Positions 10,298 to 18,342 of a stretch of 53,764 nt of DNA are shown here, one piece after another; the stretch's first letter is position 1, and each line of letters begins with the position of its first letter. Under the pieces are notes generated by a model. It was given only the letters and a program-made list of their open reading frames with translations. It was not told the origin of the DNA and did no database searches. Origin of the DNA: Candidatus Rokuibacteriota bacterium (lineage in GTDB: Bacteria > Methylomirabilota > Methylomirabilia > Rokubacteriales > CSP1-6); the NCBI GenBank assembly GCA_005887895.1, contig VBPC01000170.1:1-53764 (forward strand). Reading direction: 5' to 3'. A program made the translations under genes and the position numbers.

Positions 10298-11506
10298 TCA
10301 GCCCAGCACGCCCCGCGCGCGGAGCGCCGACACCTCGTCGGTCGACAGGCCCAGCACCTCGGCGAGGACGTCCGCGGTGTGCTCCCCGGCCAGCGGCGCC
10401 GGGGTCGTGGGCGCCTCCGACGCCGAGAGATGCACCGGGCAGCCGGGCAGCCGCAGGTGCCCACGCGTGGCGTGCTCCAGCGTGTGGATCTGGCCGCGCG
10501 CGTTCAGATGCGGGTCGTCGAGGATCTCGCCGGTGTCGAGGACGGCGCCGCAGGGCACGCCGGCCTTGCCGAGGATCGCCATCACCTCGTGCTTCGTGCG
10601 GGCGCCCGTCCACGCGCGGACGATCTCGTTCAGCGAATCGCGATGCTCCCAGCGCGTCTTCGCGTCCTGATAGCGGGCGTCGGCCAGCAGGTCCTCGCGC
10701 CCGATCGCGGTCACGAAGTCGCGCCACATGTCCTGGTTGACGGGCTGCACGTAGATGTAGGCGTGGTCGTTGGACCCGCCCGGCGCGCACGGATAGGCCC
10801 CGCCGGGGACGCCGCCCACCAGTCCGTTGCCGCGCCGCTCGCTCGGCTTGCCGTCGCGGTAGTGATCGACATAGCGGCCGCGCAGGAAGTTGGCTACGAC
10901 CTCCTGCATCGAGACCTCGACGAGCTGGCCCTGGCCGGTGCGCTGGCGCTGGATGTAGGCGGCCAGGATCGCGGCGGCCGTGTGGACCCCGGTGCCAGTG
11001 TCGCCGATGGCGGCGCCGCAGCGGATGGGCTCGCGATCGGGGAAGCCGGTCACGCTCATCACGCCGCCGACGGCCTGCGCGATCATGTCAAAGCTCTTGT
11101 ACTCGTGGTACGGCCCCGACAGGCCGAAGCCCTTGATGCGCGCCACGATGATCGCGGGATTCACGCCCCGCAGCCGCTCGTAGTCCAGGCCGAGGCGCTC
11201 CATGAGGCCGGGGGCGAAGTTCTCCACCACGACGTCGGCGCGCTCCACCATCTTCAAGAACAGCTCGCGCCCGGCGGGGTTCTTGAGGTCGATCGTCACG
11301 CTGCGCTTGTTGGAGTTGAAGACGAGAAAGAACATCGCGTCGAGGCCGGGCACCTCCGGACGATTGCGGCGCGACTGCTCGCCGCCCGGCGGCTCGATCT
11401 TGATGACGTCGGCGCCGAGCCAGCCCAGGAACTGGGTGCAGGTCGTGCCGGCTTCGAACTGGGTGAGGTCGAGGATCCGGATGCCGCTCAGCGCGCGCTC
11501 GGCCAT
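10298..11506 (-). CDS. CaiB/BaiF family III CoA-transferase (formyl-CoA transferase-like)
   Basis: LSGIRILDLTQFEAG, LGADVIKIE, NSNKRSVTIDLK, DVVVENFAPG, FDMIAQA, APLAGEHT. Confidence 0.92.
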   Translation of the reverse strand: MAERALSGIRILDLTQFEAGTTCTQFLGWLGADVIKIEPPGGEQSRRNRPEVPGLDAMFFLVFNSNKRSVTIDLKNPAGRELFLKMVERADVVVENFAPGLMERLGLDYERLRGVNPAIIVARIKGFGLSGPYHEYKSFDMIAQAVGGVMSVTGFPDREPIRCGAAIGDTGTGVHTAAAILAAYIQRQRTGQGQLVEVSMQEVVANFLRGRYVDHYRDGKPSERRGNGLVGGVPGGAYPCAPGGSNDHAYIYVQPVNQDMWRDFVTAIGREDLLADARYQDAKTRWEHRDSLNEIVRAWTGARTKHEVMAILGKAGVPCGAVLDTGEILDDPHLNARGQIHTLEHATRGHLRLPGCPVHLSASEAPTTPAPLAGEHTADVLAEVLGLSTDEVSALRARGVLG

Positions 11507-11574
11507 GGCTCGCCCTCCCACGTGTGGCACCGGCAGTCTATCATTGGGTCCGAGACCGATCCCACGGAGGCCGT

Positions 11575-12726
11575 ATGGCTCTGAAGTTCGGCATCTTCGA
11601 CCACATCGAGCCGGTGCCCGGGCTCCGGCTGGACCAGATCTATCGCGAGCGTCTCATCCAGATCGAGCGGCTGGAGCGGGCAGGCTTCTCCGCCTATCAC
11701 CTCGCCGAGCACCACACCCCGGCCATCCACAGCCTGGCGCCCTCCCAGAACGTCTTCCTGGCCGCCGTGGCCCAGCGCACGACGCGCCTGCGCTTCGGAC
11801 CCTGCGTGTACGTGCTGCCGCTGCATCATCCGCTGCGGTTGATCGAGGAGATCAGCATGCTCGACAACCTGAGCGGCGGCCGGCTGGAGATCGGCGTCGG
11901 CCGCGGCGGTGTGATGGAGGCGTTCTTCTGGGGCCAGGAGGCCGACTCCGAGACGAACTACGCGCGCTACGTGGAGACGCTGGCCATCCTGCGCGAGGGC
12001 CTGAGCCACGACCAGCTGACCTATGCCGGCCGGTTTCACAGCTTCGACAAGCTGCCGATGTACCTCCGCCCGCTGCAGCAGCCGTACCCGCCGCTCTGGT
12101 ACATGCGCAATCCGGTGACGGCGGCCATGGAGGGCATGCACACGATCATCGTCGGGTCGATCGACGGCCTGGCGATGGCGGTGCCGCGCTATCGCGCGGC
12201 GTGGGAGGAGCACCAGGGCGCCGGCACGCGCACCGTGCAGGGTCAGGAGCCGATGATCGGGCTCGTCGTCCACATGGTCGTGGCCGAGACCGACGCGGAG
12301 GCGCTGGCGGCCGCGCGACCGGCGTGGGAGAAGTACCGCTGGAACCTCGCCGCGCCGCGCCGGCTCGAGGCCGAGAAGCGCAACCTCACGCAGTTCATGT
12401 CCACCAAGGACGGCTCGTTCGGCTTCGTCGGCGACCGCCCGGCCGGGCTGCCGGGGCGCGAGCTGCGCCGCGACATCGACGCCGAGCTGGAGCGCTTCGA
12501 CCAGGTCAAGCAGGGCTCGCATCCCAACCGCCTGGGCGGCGTCGCGCTGGCCGGCACGCCGACCGCGGTGCGCGAGTACATGGACGAGTACGTCGCGACC
12601 GGCGCCAACTACTTCGTCTGCTCGTTCCAGTGGGGCGACCTCAGCCACGCCCAGGCCATGCGCTCGATCGAGCTGTTCGCCACGGAGGTGATGCCGGCCT
12701 ACGCGACCGCCGCCCCAGCGCGGTGA
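11575..12726 (+). CDS. LLM class flavin-dependent oxidoreductase
   Basis: MALKFGIFDH, YHLAEHH, LPLHHPLRLIEEISMLDNLSGGRLEIGVGRG; GGAGG RBS before ATG 11575. Confidence 0.92.
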   Translation: MALKFGIFDHIEPVPGLRLDQIYRERLIQIERLERAGFSAYHLAEHHTPAIHSLAPSQNVFLAAVAQRTTRLRFGPCVYVLPLHHPLRLIEEISMLDNLSGGRLEIGVGRGGVMEAFFWGQEADSETNYARYVETLAILREGLSHDQLTYAGRFHSFDKLPMYLRPLQQPYPPLWYMRNPVTAAMEGMHTIIVGSIDGLAMAVPRYRAAWEEHQGAGTRTVQGQEPMIGLVVHMVVAETDAEALAAARPAWEKYRWNLAAPRRLEAEKRNLTQFMSTKDGSFGFVGDRPAGLPGRELRRDIDAELERFDQVKQGSHPNRLGGVALAGTPTAVREYMDEYVATGANYFVCSFQWGDLSHAQAMRSIELFATEVMPAYATAAPAR

Positions 12727-12846
12727 TGACTATCCGCGGATCGTTCAGGTTCGCGCGGAGGAACAACCGCGACCACTGGGGCGCCCGGGCATCGACGCCA
12801 CCGCGCGTGGCAATAGCCGCCCTCACCGCGGTAGCGGCGCTCGCCG

Positions 12847-12935
12847 GCCTAACGGATCGGCGCTGAGCGGCCGGCGCTGGCGAGTTCGCTTAGCCGCGGC
12901 GCATTCATGCCGGCCGCTCAAGCGGCTTGTTAGCC
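12847..12935 (-). repeat. attC site (89 bp) closing the toxin-antitoxin cassette
   Basis: Minus strand GGCTAAC-aagcc-GCTTGAGCGGCCGGC...GCCGGCCGCTCAGC-gccgatcc-GTTAGGC; the toxin stop TAA lies in the inverse core. Confidence 0.88.
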
Positions 12936-13184
12936 AAGCAGCCGATCGTAGCCGGCATGGCTGCCAATCCAGAACCAGACCAGCCCGTCTGATGCTTCGA
13001 CTGCGAGGGTGCGCTAGTGAGCGCCGACGCGAGCCGACCAGAACCTGCCTACCTTCTTGAAGTGAAGCGAGGGGTGCCGCGGATCCTGTTTCAGGCGCGT
13101 GTACGCTTGATCGGCGAGATCCCGAATCTCCTGCGGCAGAGATCGGTACAGCGCCCAGAAGTCCGGGGACGCGTGATGGGTCAG
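12930..13184 (-). pseudogene. RelE/ParE-like toxin with a premature TAG at codon 57
   Basis: Own translation: (CTG)THHASPDFWALYRSLPQEIRDLADQAYTRLKQDPRHPSLHFKKVGRFWSARVGAH*RTLAVEASDGLVWFWIGSHAGYDRLLG. Stop at 13014-13016; start overlaps the antitoxin stop. Confidence 0.85.
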
Positions 13185-13381
13185 ATCGGCGTGGTCTTGC
13201 CGGCTGCGTGGTCACGAAGGGCCCTGGCCGCTAGGTCGTCGAGGCGGCCCGCCTCAGCATCGCGCTCGATCTGGCGGTCCCAGATCGCCCAGTCGTACTC
13301 CAAGAACCAGGCGCGAAACTGCGCCAGCTCTTCGGCGGAGAGCGCCTGGACCTCTCGCTCGATCTTCTCGATCTTGCTCAT
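13181..13381 (-). CDS. putative antitoxin (66 aa, WDRQIERD motif)
   Basis: Small protein immediately upstream of, and overlapping by 4 nt, the RelE/ParE-like frame. Confidence 0.8.
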   Translation of the reverse strand: MSKIEKIEREVQALSAEELAQFRAWFLEYDWAIWDRQIERDAEAGRLDDLAARALRDHAAGKTTPI

Positions 13382-13402
13382 AGACCTTCAGCCGGTGCCC
13401 TC

Positions 13403-13411
13403 AGTCTAGCA
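13403..13411 (-). promoter_or_regulatory. extended -10 (TGcTAGACT) internal to the TA cassette
   Basis: TGn-TAGACT about 20 nt upstream of the antitoxin ATG. TA cassettes typically carry their own promoter. Confidence 0.5.
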
Positions 13412-13446
13412 TCCTGATGTGCAGGGGACAGAACCCATTGCCTGCT

Positions 13447-13536
13447 CGCTAACGCATGACGGCTGAGCGGCCGGCGCTGGATGCGCCGTCATTGGCACCA
13501 GCCATCATGCCGGGCCGCTCCAGCCGTTTGTTAGAC
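13447..13536 (-). repeat. attC site (90 bp)
   Basis: Minus strand GTCTAAC-aaacg-GCTGGAGCGG...CCGCTCAGC-cgtcatgc-GTTAGCG; clearly similar to the 12847 site. Confidence 0.88.
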
Positions 13537-13545
13537 GGCATTTCG

Positions 13546-13917
13546 TCACCGCCAAAGGGCCCACCATGGTCGCAAGTGGCGTCCGAGTGCGCGACGAATC
13601 ATCACCAGTAGATAGTGGTCCCCCTGGGCCAGCATCGAGTAGGCCTTTCGGTATCCGTCCCTGGCAGCGCCGTCGGACTTGAGATCGCGCTGATAGGAGC
13701 GCTCAAGTAGACCGGCGACCTTGGTCTCATAGTCGTCGTCGGAGATCTCTGTTGCCAGCTGCTCGACCAATGCCGGGTCGGGTGTAAACGCGGGGTCCGA
13801 TTCCGACCAACTCAACATTGCCTGCTCGGCCGCAGACAGTCCCATTTGCTCCGCATGAGCTTGCGCCAGCACCTTTCCGACGAAGAACAGCTTGGCCTCA
13901 GTCTGGGTCGCAAACAT
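13546..13917 (-). CDS. cassette-encoded hypothetical protein (123 aa)
   Basis: MFATQTEAKLFFVGKV...MLSWSESDP...GDHYLLVMI. Fills the space between two attC sites; cassette ends GTTAGACGG and CCGTCTAAC are complementary. Confidence 0.8.
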   Translation of the reverse strand: MFATQTEAKLFFVGKVLAQAHAEQMGLSAAEQAMLSWSESDPAFTPDPALVEQLATEISDDDYETKVAGLLERSYQRDLKSDGAARDGYRKAYSMLAQGDHYLLVMIRRALGRHLRPWWALWR

Positions 13918-13940
13918 GCTTGCTCGACGCCAACTTGTCC

Positions 13941-13997
13941 GTCTAACGTCACGGTGAGCGCCGCGCGAAGCGCGTCCGCTCAAGCGTGGAGTTAGAC
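13941..13997 (-). repeat. attC site (57 bp)
   Basis: Minus strand GTCTAAC-tccac-GCTTGAGCGG-aCGCGC-TTC-GCGCG-gCGCTCACC-gtgac-GTTAGAC. Confidence 0.85.
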
Positions 13998-14724
13998 ATC
14001 GACTTCACGCACTTCGATGGCGAACTGCCGTTCATGCTGAATCGTATCGTACAGTCTCACTGGATGCTCTCGCTTCTCCAGCCAGTTGCGAATCCGGACG
14101 CGGTCGTCCTGGGGCATCCGCACCCCGAATATGACGCCCTTCAGGAGTCCTGAAGGATAGTCGCGAAGACCGGGACCGCGCTCATGGTCGATTAGCCGCC
14201 ACTCCTGTTCATGGCCAACCGCTGAACTTCGTTGTAAAGATCTGATCGACTTGATCCTCGGTGGGTGTGAAGATGTCGACCGACGGTAGATCCTCGGCGT
14301 ACCGGACCTGCTGTGCCGCACCAAAAACCGGGATGAAGTCTGTGGCCTCGAATTGCAGGCAGTAGCCCTGATGATCCTGCGCGTAGTGCGACCACATGAG
14401 GATGCTGTTGTTCACCGGCGACAGGCAATACAGTCCGATCCCACGCCGAGTCTGCTCCCAGTCCAGCGTCGGTTCTTTAGCGAGGAACATGGTCAAAGCC
14501 TGAGCGCGCGCTTGTTCATCGGTGAGGATGGGATTCCGCCTCATCAATGTCCGGGTAAGCGATGCGACGATCTGGTCCTGGGTGCCATTGAATATCAACC
14601 ACGGTCGGCATTCGAACGGATCGTTGAGTTGCGAAGGAGCTGAAAACCAAATTGTCGGCGTCGCAAATAGCGCCTCGGAGTACTTGTTGAGGCGGCCGTA
14701 TTTGTAGAGGGAGTCGATCGTCAT
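13992..14724 (-). pseudogene. DUF2971-like cassette gene, frameshifted near 14213
   Basis: LYKY, LNDPFE, CLS, LMWSHYA, TK..GW in one frame; EQEWRL and VIFG continue in another frame to the stop in the attC inverse core. Confidence 0.82.
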
Positions 14725-14732
14725 GCTCCGAT

Positions 14733-14789
14733 GCCTAACGGATCGCTGAGCGGCCGGCGAAGCCGGCCCGCTCTAGCGGTTTGTTAGAC
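14733..14789 (-). repeat. attC site (57 bp)
   Basis: Minus strand GTCTAAC-aaacc-GCTAGAGCGG-GCCGGC-TTC-GCCGGC-CGCTCAGC-gatcc-GTTAGGC. Confidence 0.9.
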
Positions 14790-15145
14790 CGCAGTCTCGT
14801 GGCCCTAGCGGCGAGGACGAGTCCGGCTGCTGCCCCGCCGACGAATCCAGCAACTGAAGCGATGATAGGGCCGAGCAGAAGGCCTCCGGCAAGCACGACG
14901 CCGCGTACGTTGCGACCAACTCCCGGGGGTGGTGTTGTTCCGGTCCGTTCGAGGGCTTCTGGAAGAAAGTAGAGTACAAACACCGGGACATTGGCCACTA
15001 CGCATCCCAAGCTCGACCACAGCCAGACGCGCCAGGCGAAGGGGAAACCCGAACGAAGGCCCGGAACAATTGCACAGATGAGCGTGATAGTAGCGAGGAG
15101 GACTACCGCGAGGATGAAGCCGACAGCGACTATGAAGTAGGGCAC
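14735..15145 (-). CDS. cassette-encoded hypothetical membrane protein (about 3 TM segments)
   Basis: Three hydrophobic stretches; the ORF reads through its own attC and stops at the TAG in the GTTAGGC core. Confidence 0.7.
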   Translation of the reverse strand: MPYFIVAVGFILAVVLLATITLICAIVPGLRSGFPFAWRVWLWSSLGCVVANVPVFVLYFLPEALERTGTTPPPGVGRNVRGVVLAGGLLLGPIIASVAGFVGGAAAGLVLAARATRLRSNKPLERAGFAGRSAIR

Positions 15146-15210
15146 GGCTCTTCCGCGTCGGCTCTCTCAGCCTGGCTCAGTCGTGTTCGCTCGTCCATCG
15201 TTCGTTATCG

Positions 15211-15245
15211 GTCTAACTTGATGTCGCTCGAACAGCGTAAGGGTT
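15211..15245 (-). other. attI-like recombination site
   Basis: Minus strand ...cgacatcaa-GTTAGACCG is complementary to CGGTCTAAC of the first attC. No palindromic partner lies upstream, and it abuts the intI remnant. Confidence 0.6.
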
Positions 15246-15247
15246 GT

Positions 15248-15479
15248 GATGCAGCGAATCCACGCAACGTGCGACTTCTCGGTGCGGCGGCTCCCGTGGC
15301 GGCCCGTGGCGGGGGTGCAGCACGTCGCGGACCCGATCGAGGAACCGGGGCTGGCGCGGAGCGGGCGCCCCAGGCGCGCACGGCCAGGGCGCCTCCGGCC
15401 CTCGCATATAAACGACACCGGTGACCGTCCGCGAGATCATGATGTCGGCATCGTAGTTCCCTTCGCAGGAAATCGGCAA
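15248..15479 (-). pseudogene. intI: integron integrase N-terminal remnant
   Basis: PRFLDRVRDVLHPRHG plus RHGSRRTEKSHVAWIR matches the IntI N-terminal pattern (LLD.VR..LR.RHYS.RTE..Y..WIR). Frameshifted by a 10-bp tandem duplication (CCCGTGGCGG x2, 15293-15312); catalytic domain absent. Confidence 0.8.
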
Positions 15480-15501
15480 GACGTCGCCGAAGCGATACGG
15501 C

Positions 15502-16356
15502 TTAGCTGGCGCCGAGGGCGCGCCCCGCGTCGGCGGCGAAGCGTTCCAGCGCCGCCGCGTCCATGTCTGGCTTCGGCCGGATGATCAGCCGGTCCACGCC
15601 GGCCGCCGTGTAGGCGGAGACCAGCGTCTTGTCCGGCACATCGAAGCCGGGCGGCGTCACGCCGATCTCCAGTCGCCCCAGCTCGGCCGGCCGCGGGTGC
15701 TTCTTCGCGGCGTCGCGCAGCGCGCCGACGAACTTCTCGGTCGTCGCCACGTCGAGCCCGAATCCGTACCAGCCGTGGGCCTGCATCACCGCGCGACGGA
15801 ACGCGGGCGCGGTGCGCCCGCCGACGACGATGCGCGGCGTCGGCGTCTGCACGGGCCGTGGCATCGCCTGCACGCCCTCGAACGCGACGAACCGGCCCTT
15901 GTAGGCCGGCTTCGGCTGCGTCCACACCGCGCGCATCGCCGCCAGGTACTCGTCGGCGATGCGGCCGCGATCGGGGAACGACACGCCGACCGAGCGCATC
16001 TCCGGCTCACACCAGCCGACGCCGAGCCCGAAGACGAGCCGCCCGTTCGACAGCACGTCGAGCGAGGCGAGTTGCTTGGCGAGGACGAGGGCCTGGCGCT
16101 GCGGCAGGATGATGACGCCGGTTCCGAGCAGGATGCGTGTGGTGTGGGCGGCCAGGAACGTCAGCGCGACGATCGGGTCGAGGAGGCGCTGGTCCGGCGG
16201 CATCGGCCGCTCGGGCGAGGGCGGATCCGGCAAGACCACGTGGTCGGCCACCCAGAGCGAGTCGAAGCCGGCGGCCTCGGCCGCCCGTCCGAGCCGCGCC
16301 GCGGCGTCGGGGTAGGCGCAGGTGTGCAGGTTCACGGAATGCAGTCCGAACTTCAT
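15502..16356 (-). CDS. LLM class, probable F420-dependent oxidoreductase
   Basis: AEAAGFDSLWVADHVVLP, DPIVALTFLAA, LAKQLASLDVLSNGR, GLGVGW, PRPVQ. Confidence 0.9.
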   Translation of the reverse strand: MKFGLHSVNLHTCAYPDAAARLGRAAEAAGFDSLWVADHVVLPDPPSPERPMPPDQRLLDPIVALTFLAAHTTRILLGTGVIILPQRQALVLAKQLASLDVLSNGRLVFGLGVGWCEPEMRSVGVSFPDRGRIADEYLAAMRAVWTQPKPAYKGRFVAFEGVQAMPRPVQTPTPRIVVGGRTAPAFRRAVMQAHGWYGFGLDVATTEKFVGALRDAAKKHPRPAELGRLEIGVTPPGFDVPDKTLVSAYTAAGVDRLIIRPKPDMDAAALERFAADAGRALGAS

Positions 16357-16407
16357 GGGGCGCCTCTCCTCTAGAATCCTCTTGCCAGTTAGCTTTTCAG
16401 CAGGACG

Positions 16408-16965
16408 TCACTCGACATACAGCTGTCCGGCCACCTCGTGGCGGCCGTCGGCGGCGCGGCGGAGAACGACGAAGGCGCCCATCCGCACCGTGAGGCCGGT
16501 GAGGTCGGAGACGACCGAGCCGTGGGTGACCAGCACCAGGAGCGGTCCCTCGCGATGCGCGTCGATCTTCTGCTTGATCTCCTCGACCAGATGCTGGCGC
16601 AGCGTGGTGTCGTTGAGCGCGCCCTGCAGGACGTTCCAGGCTTCGGCCTTCCCGAAGGCCAGACGCGCGGTGTCGAGACAGCGGCAGCGCGGGCTCGACA
16701 GCACGGCGCCCACGGCGATGGCGTTCGCGCGAAACGCCTCGCCGACGCGCCGGGCCTGGGCGCGGCCGTTGTCGTCGAGATTGCGCTGGGTCGAGCAGTC
16801 CTCCAGGCGCGCCCCGGGCGGGTCGAAGCCACCGGGCGCATAGCTGTGGCGCAGCACCACGACGCTGCCGGGCTCGCGCAGCGCGCCCCACACCGACTCG
16901 TCAGCGAGCGGCGCCGAGGGCCAGGCGCTCAGCAGCGCGGCGATCAGCCAGACGAGCGCGCGCAC
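16408..16965 (-). CDS. exported histidine phosphatase family protein
   Basis: Signal peptide; LRH motif, QRNL...GR.QA, SSP.CRC.DTA, LVTHG. Confidence 0.85.
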   Translation of the reverse strand: MRALVWLIAALLSAWPSAPLADESVWGALREPGSVVVLRHSYAPGGFDPPGARLEDCSTQRNLDDNGRAQARRVGEAFRANAIAVGAVLSSPRCRCLDTARLAFGKAEAWNVLQGALNDTTLRQHLVEEIKQKIDAHREGPLLVLVTHGSVVSDLTGLTVRMGAFVVLRRAADGRHEVAGQLYVE

Positions 16966-16973
16966 GGCCCCAC

Positions 16974-18245
16974 CTAGACGGTCTGTGCGATCTGCGAGCC
17001 CGCCGGCAGGTCCGCGTCCCGCCAGTCGGTGCCGCGCGGAAGCACCGCCTCGGCCGCCGCAAGGCTGGCGTACGTGGGGTCGACACCGCGCGGCGTGCCG
17101 TCGTCGGCAACGGTCTTTACGGCCTCCAGCAGCAGGCGGCGGGCCTGGATGATCGCGCGATCGGCGGGGCCGAGGTGCTCGCGGCTGCGATCGACGATGG
17201 CGCCCATGCCCTCCTGGATTGCGCGGTCCTGGGTGTTGATGCCGTCGATGCCGGTGAAGGTCTCCGTCTTTTGGACCTGGCGGTCGAGCATGTAGTTGTT
17301 ACGGCGGTTGCGGATGCCACGAAACGTCTTCTGGTCGACGTCGAGGGGGCCGTTCCCGAGGCGGCGCTCGAGGCGGTCCTCGGCGGTGAGCGGCTCGGTC
17401 ACGCTGTACTCCCAGTTGTAGACCATCGTGGTCTCGTCGTCGATCGGCACCCACATGTGGCCGGCCACCAGCGGCACTCCGCCCTCCGAGCGCGAGGGGC
17501 GAATCTGGTGGAACGGTAGGATGAAGTGATAGGTCCGCACGTGGACGGTCGCCTCATCGAGGGGGCGGACACCCGCGTACCGGTAGCCGTAGTCGGTGAT
17601 GTCGACCTCGAGCTTCGGCGCCTTGCCGCGCACGAAGGGGTTGTCGGGCTTGAAGCCCGGACGCTTCGAATCGCGCGTGAGCAGGCGGTGCAGGATCGGG
17701 GCGTGCGAGGTGTCGATGCCGCCCTCGACGCCCTGCAGCCAGTTGCTCTCCTGGATCACCTTCGACACCGTGATGTGCGTGGCCGGCACCCGCGTCCACG
17801 CGAACGACGGCGGCGCCGGCTTCCGCTCGGGCGGGCCCAAGTACGCCCAGATCACGCCGCCCGTCTCCAGCGTCGGATACGACGTGATGGCGATCTTGTC
17901 CTTGAACTGCAGGTCGGCGGGCTCGTTCATCATGTCCACGCAGCGGCCGTCGACGTCGTACTTCCAGCCGTGGTAGACGCACCGCAGCCCGCACTCCTCG
18001 TTGCGCCCGAAGAACAGCGACGCCCGGCGGTGCGGGCAGTACTCGTCGAGCAGGCCGATCCGCCCGCGCGTGTCGCGGAACGCGACGAGGTCTTCGCCGA
18101 GCAGGCGCACGCGCACGGGCGCACCATCGGGCTCCGGCAGCTCCCGGGCGAGCAGCGCCGGCAGCCAGTAGCGCCGCAGGGTGGCCCCCATCGCAGTGTC
18201 GGGACCGACGCGGGTCAGGAGCTCGTTGTCTTCGCGTGAGAGCAT
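16974..18245 (-). CDS. Rieske non-heme iron oxygenase alpha subunit (phthalate 4,5-dioxygenase-like)
   Basis: CPHR...CVYHGW Rieske ligands; NW.Q..EGGIDTSH...LH iron site; QDRAIQE. Confidence 0.93.
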   Translation of the reverse strand: MLSREDNELLTRVGPDTAMGATLRRYWLPALLARELPEPDGAPVRVRLLGEDLVAFRDTRGRIGLLDEYCPHRRASLFFGRNEECGLRCVYHGWKYDVDGRCVDMMNEPADLQFKDKIAITSYPTLETGGVIWAYLGPPERKPAPPSFAWTRVPATHITVSKVIQESNWLQGVEGGIDTSHAPILHRLLTRDSKRPGFKPDNPFVRGKAPKLEVDITDYGYRYAGVRPLDEATVHVRTYHFILPFHQIRPSRSEGGVPLVAGHMWVPIDDETTMVYNWEYSVTEPLTAEDRLERRLGNGPLDVDQKTFRGIRNRRNNYMLDRQVQKTETFTGIDGINTQDRAIQEGMGAIVDRSREHLGPADRAIIQARRLLLEAVKTVADDGTPRGVDPTYASLAAAEAVLPRGTDWRDADLPAGSQIAQTV

Positions 18246-18342
18246 GACTCGATCCTCCTCACGGCCGGGGCGGCCTTCGGGAGCGAATCCGGTGGCGCCG
18301 GGCTATTATAGCGCCCGCATCACGACGGAGGCGGAGGCCGGC

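Larger units (their letters stand above)
12847..15479 (-). mobile_element. degenerate integron: intI remnant, attI-like site and a four-cassette array
   Basis: Four attC palindromes bounded by RYYTAAC/GTTAGRY-type cores, minus-strand ORFs between them, visibly more AT-rich sequence than the flanks, and an IntI N-terminal fragment. Confidence 0.88.

Noticed and set aside
12727-12846. Fifth integron cassette after the last attC
   Set aside because: No convincing ORF or closing attC before the convergent LLM gene; at most a remnant.
13014-13016. Pyrrolysine or programmed amber read-through in the toxin
   Set aside because: No pyl genes are seen; a single Tyr-to-stop substitution in a decaying array is the simpler explanation.
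12847-14789. attC series or the tandem repeats at 33651-33810 as a CRISPR array
   Set aside because: Units are 57-90 bp, non-identical, and separated by whole genes or occur only twice; no cas genes are present.
15130-15198. 22-aa ORF (MDERTRLSQ...) at the head of the first cassette
   Set aside because: Too short to support; it could be a leader or a frameshifted N-terminus, but the sequence alone cannot decide.
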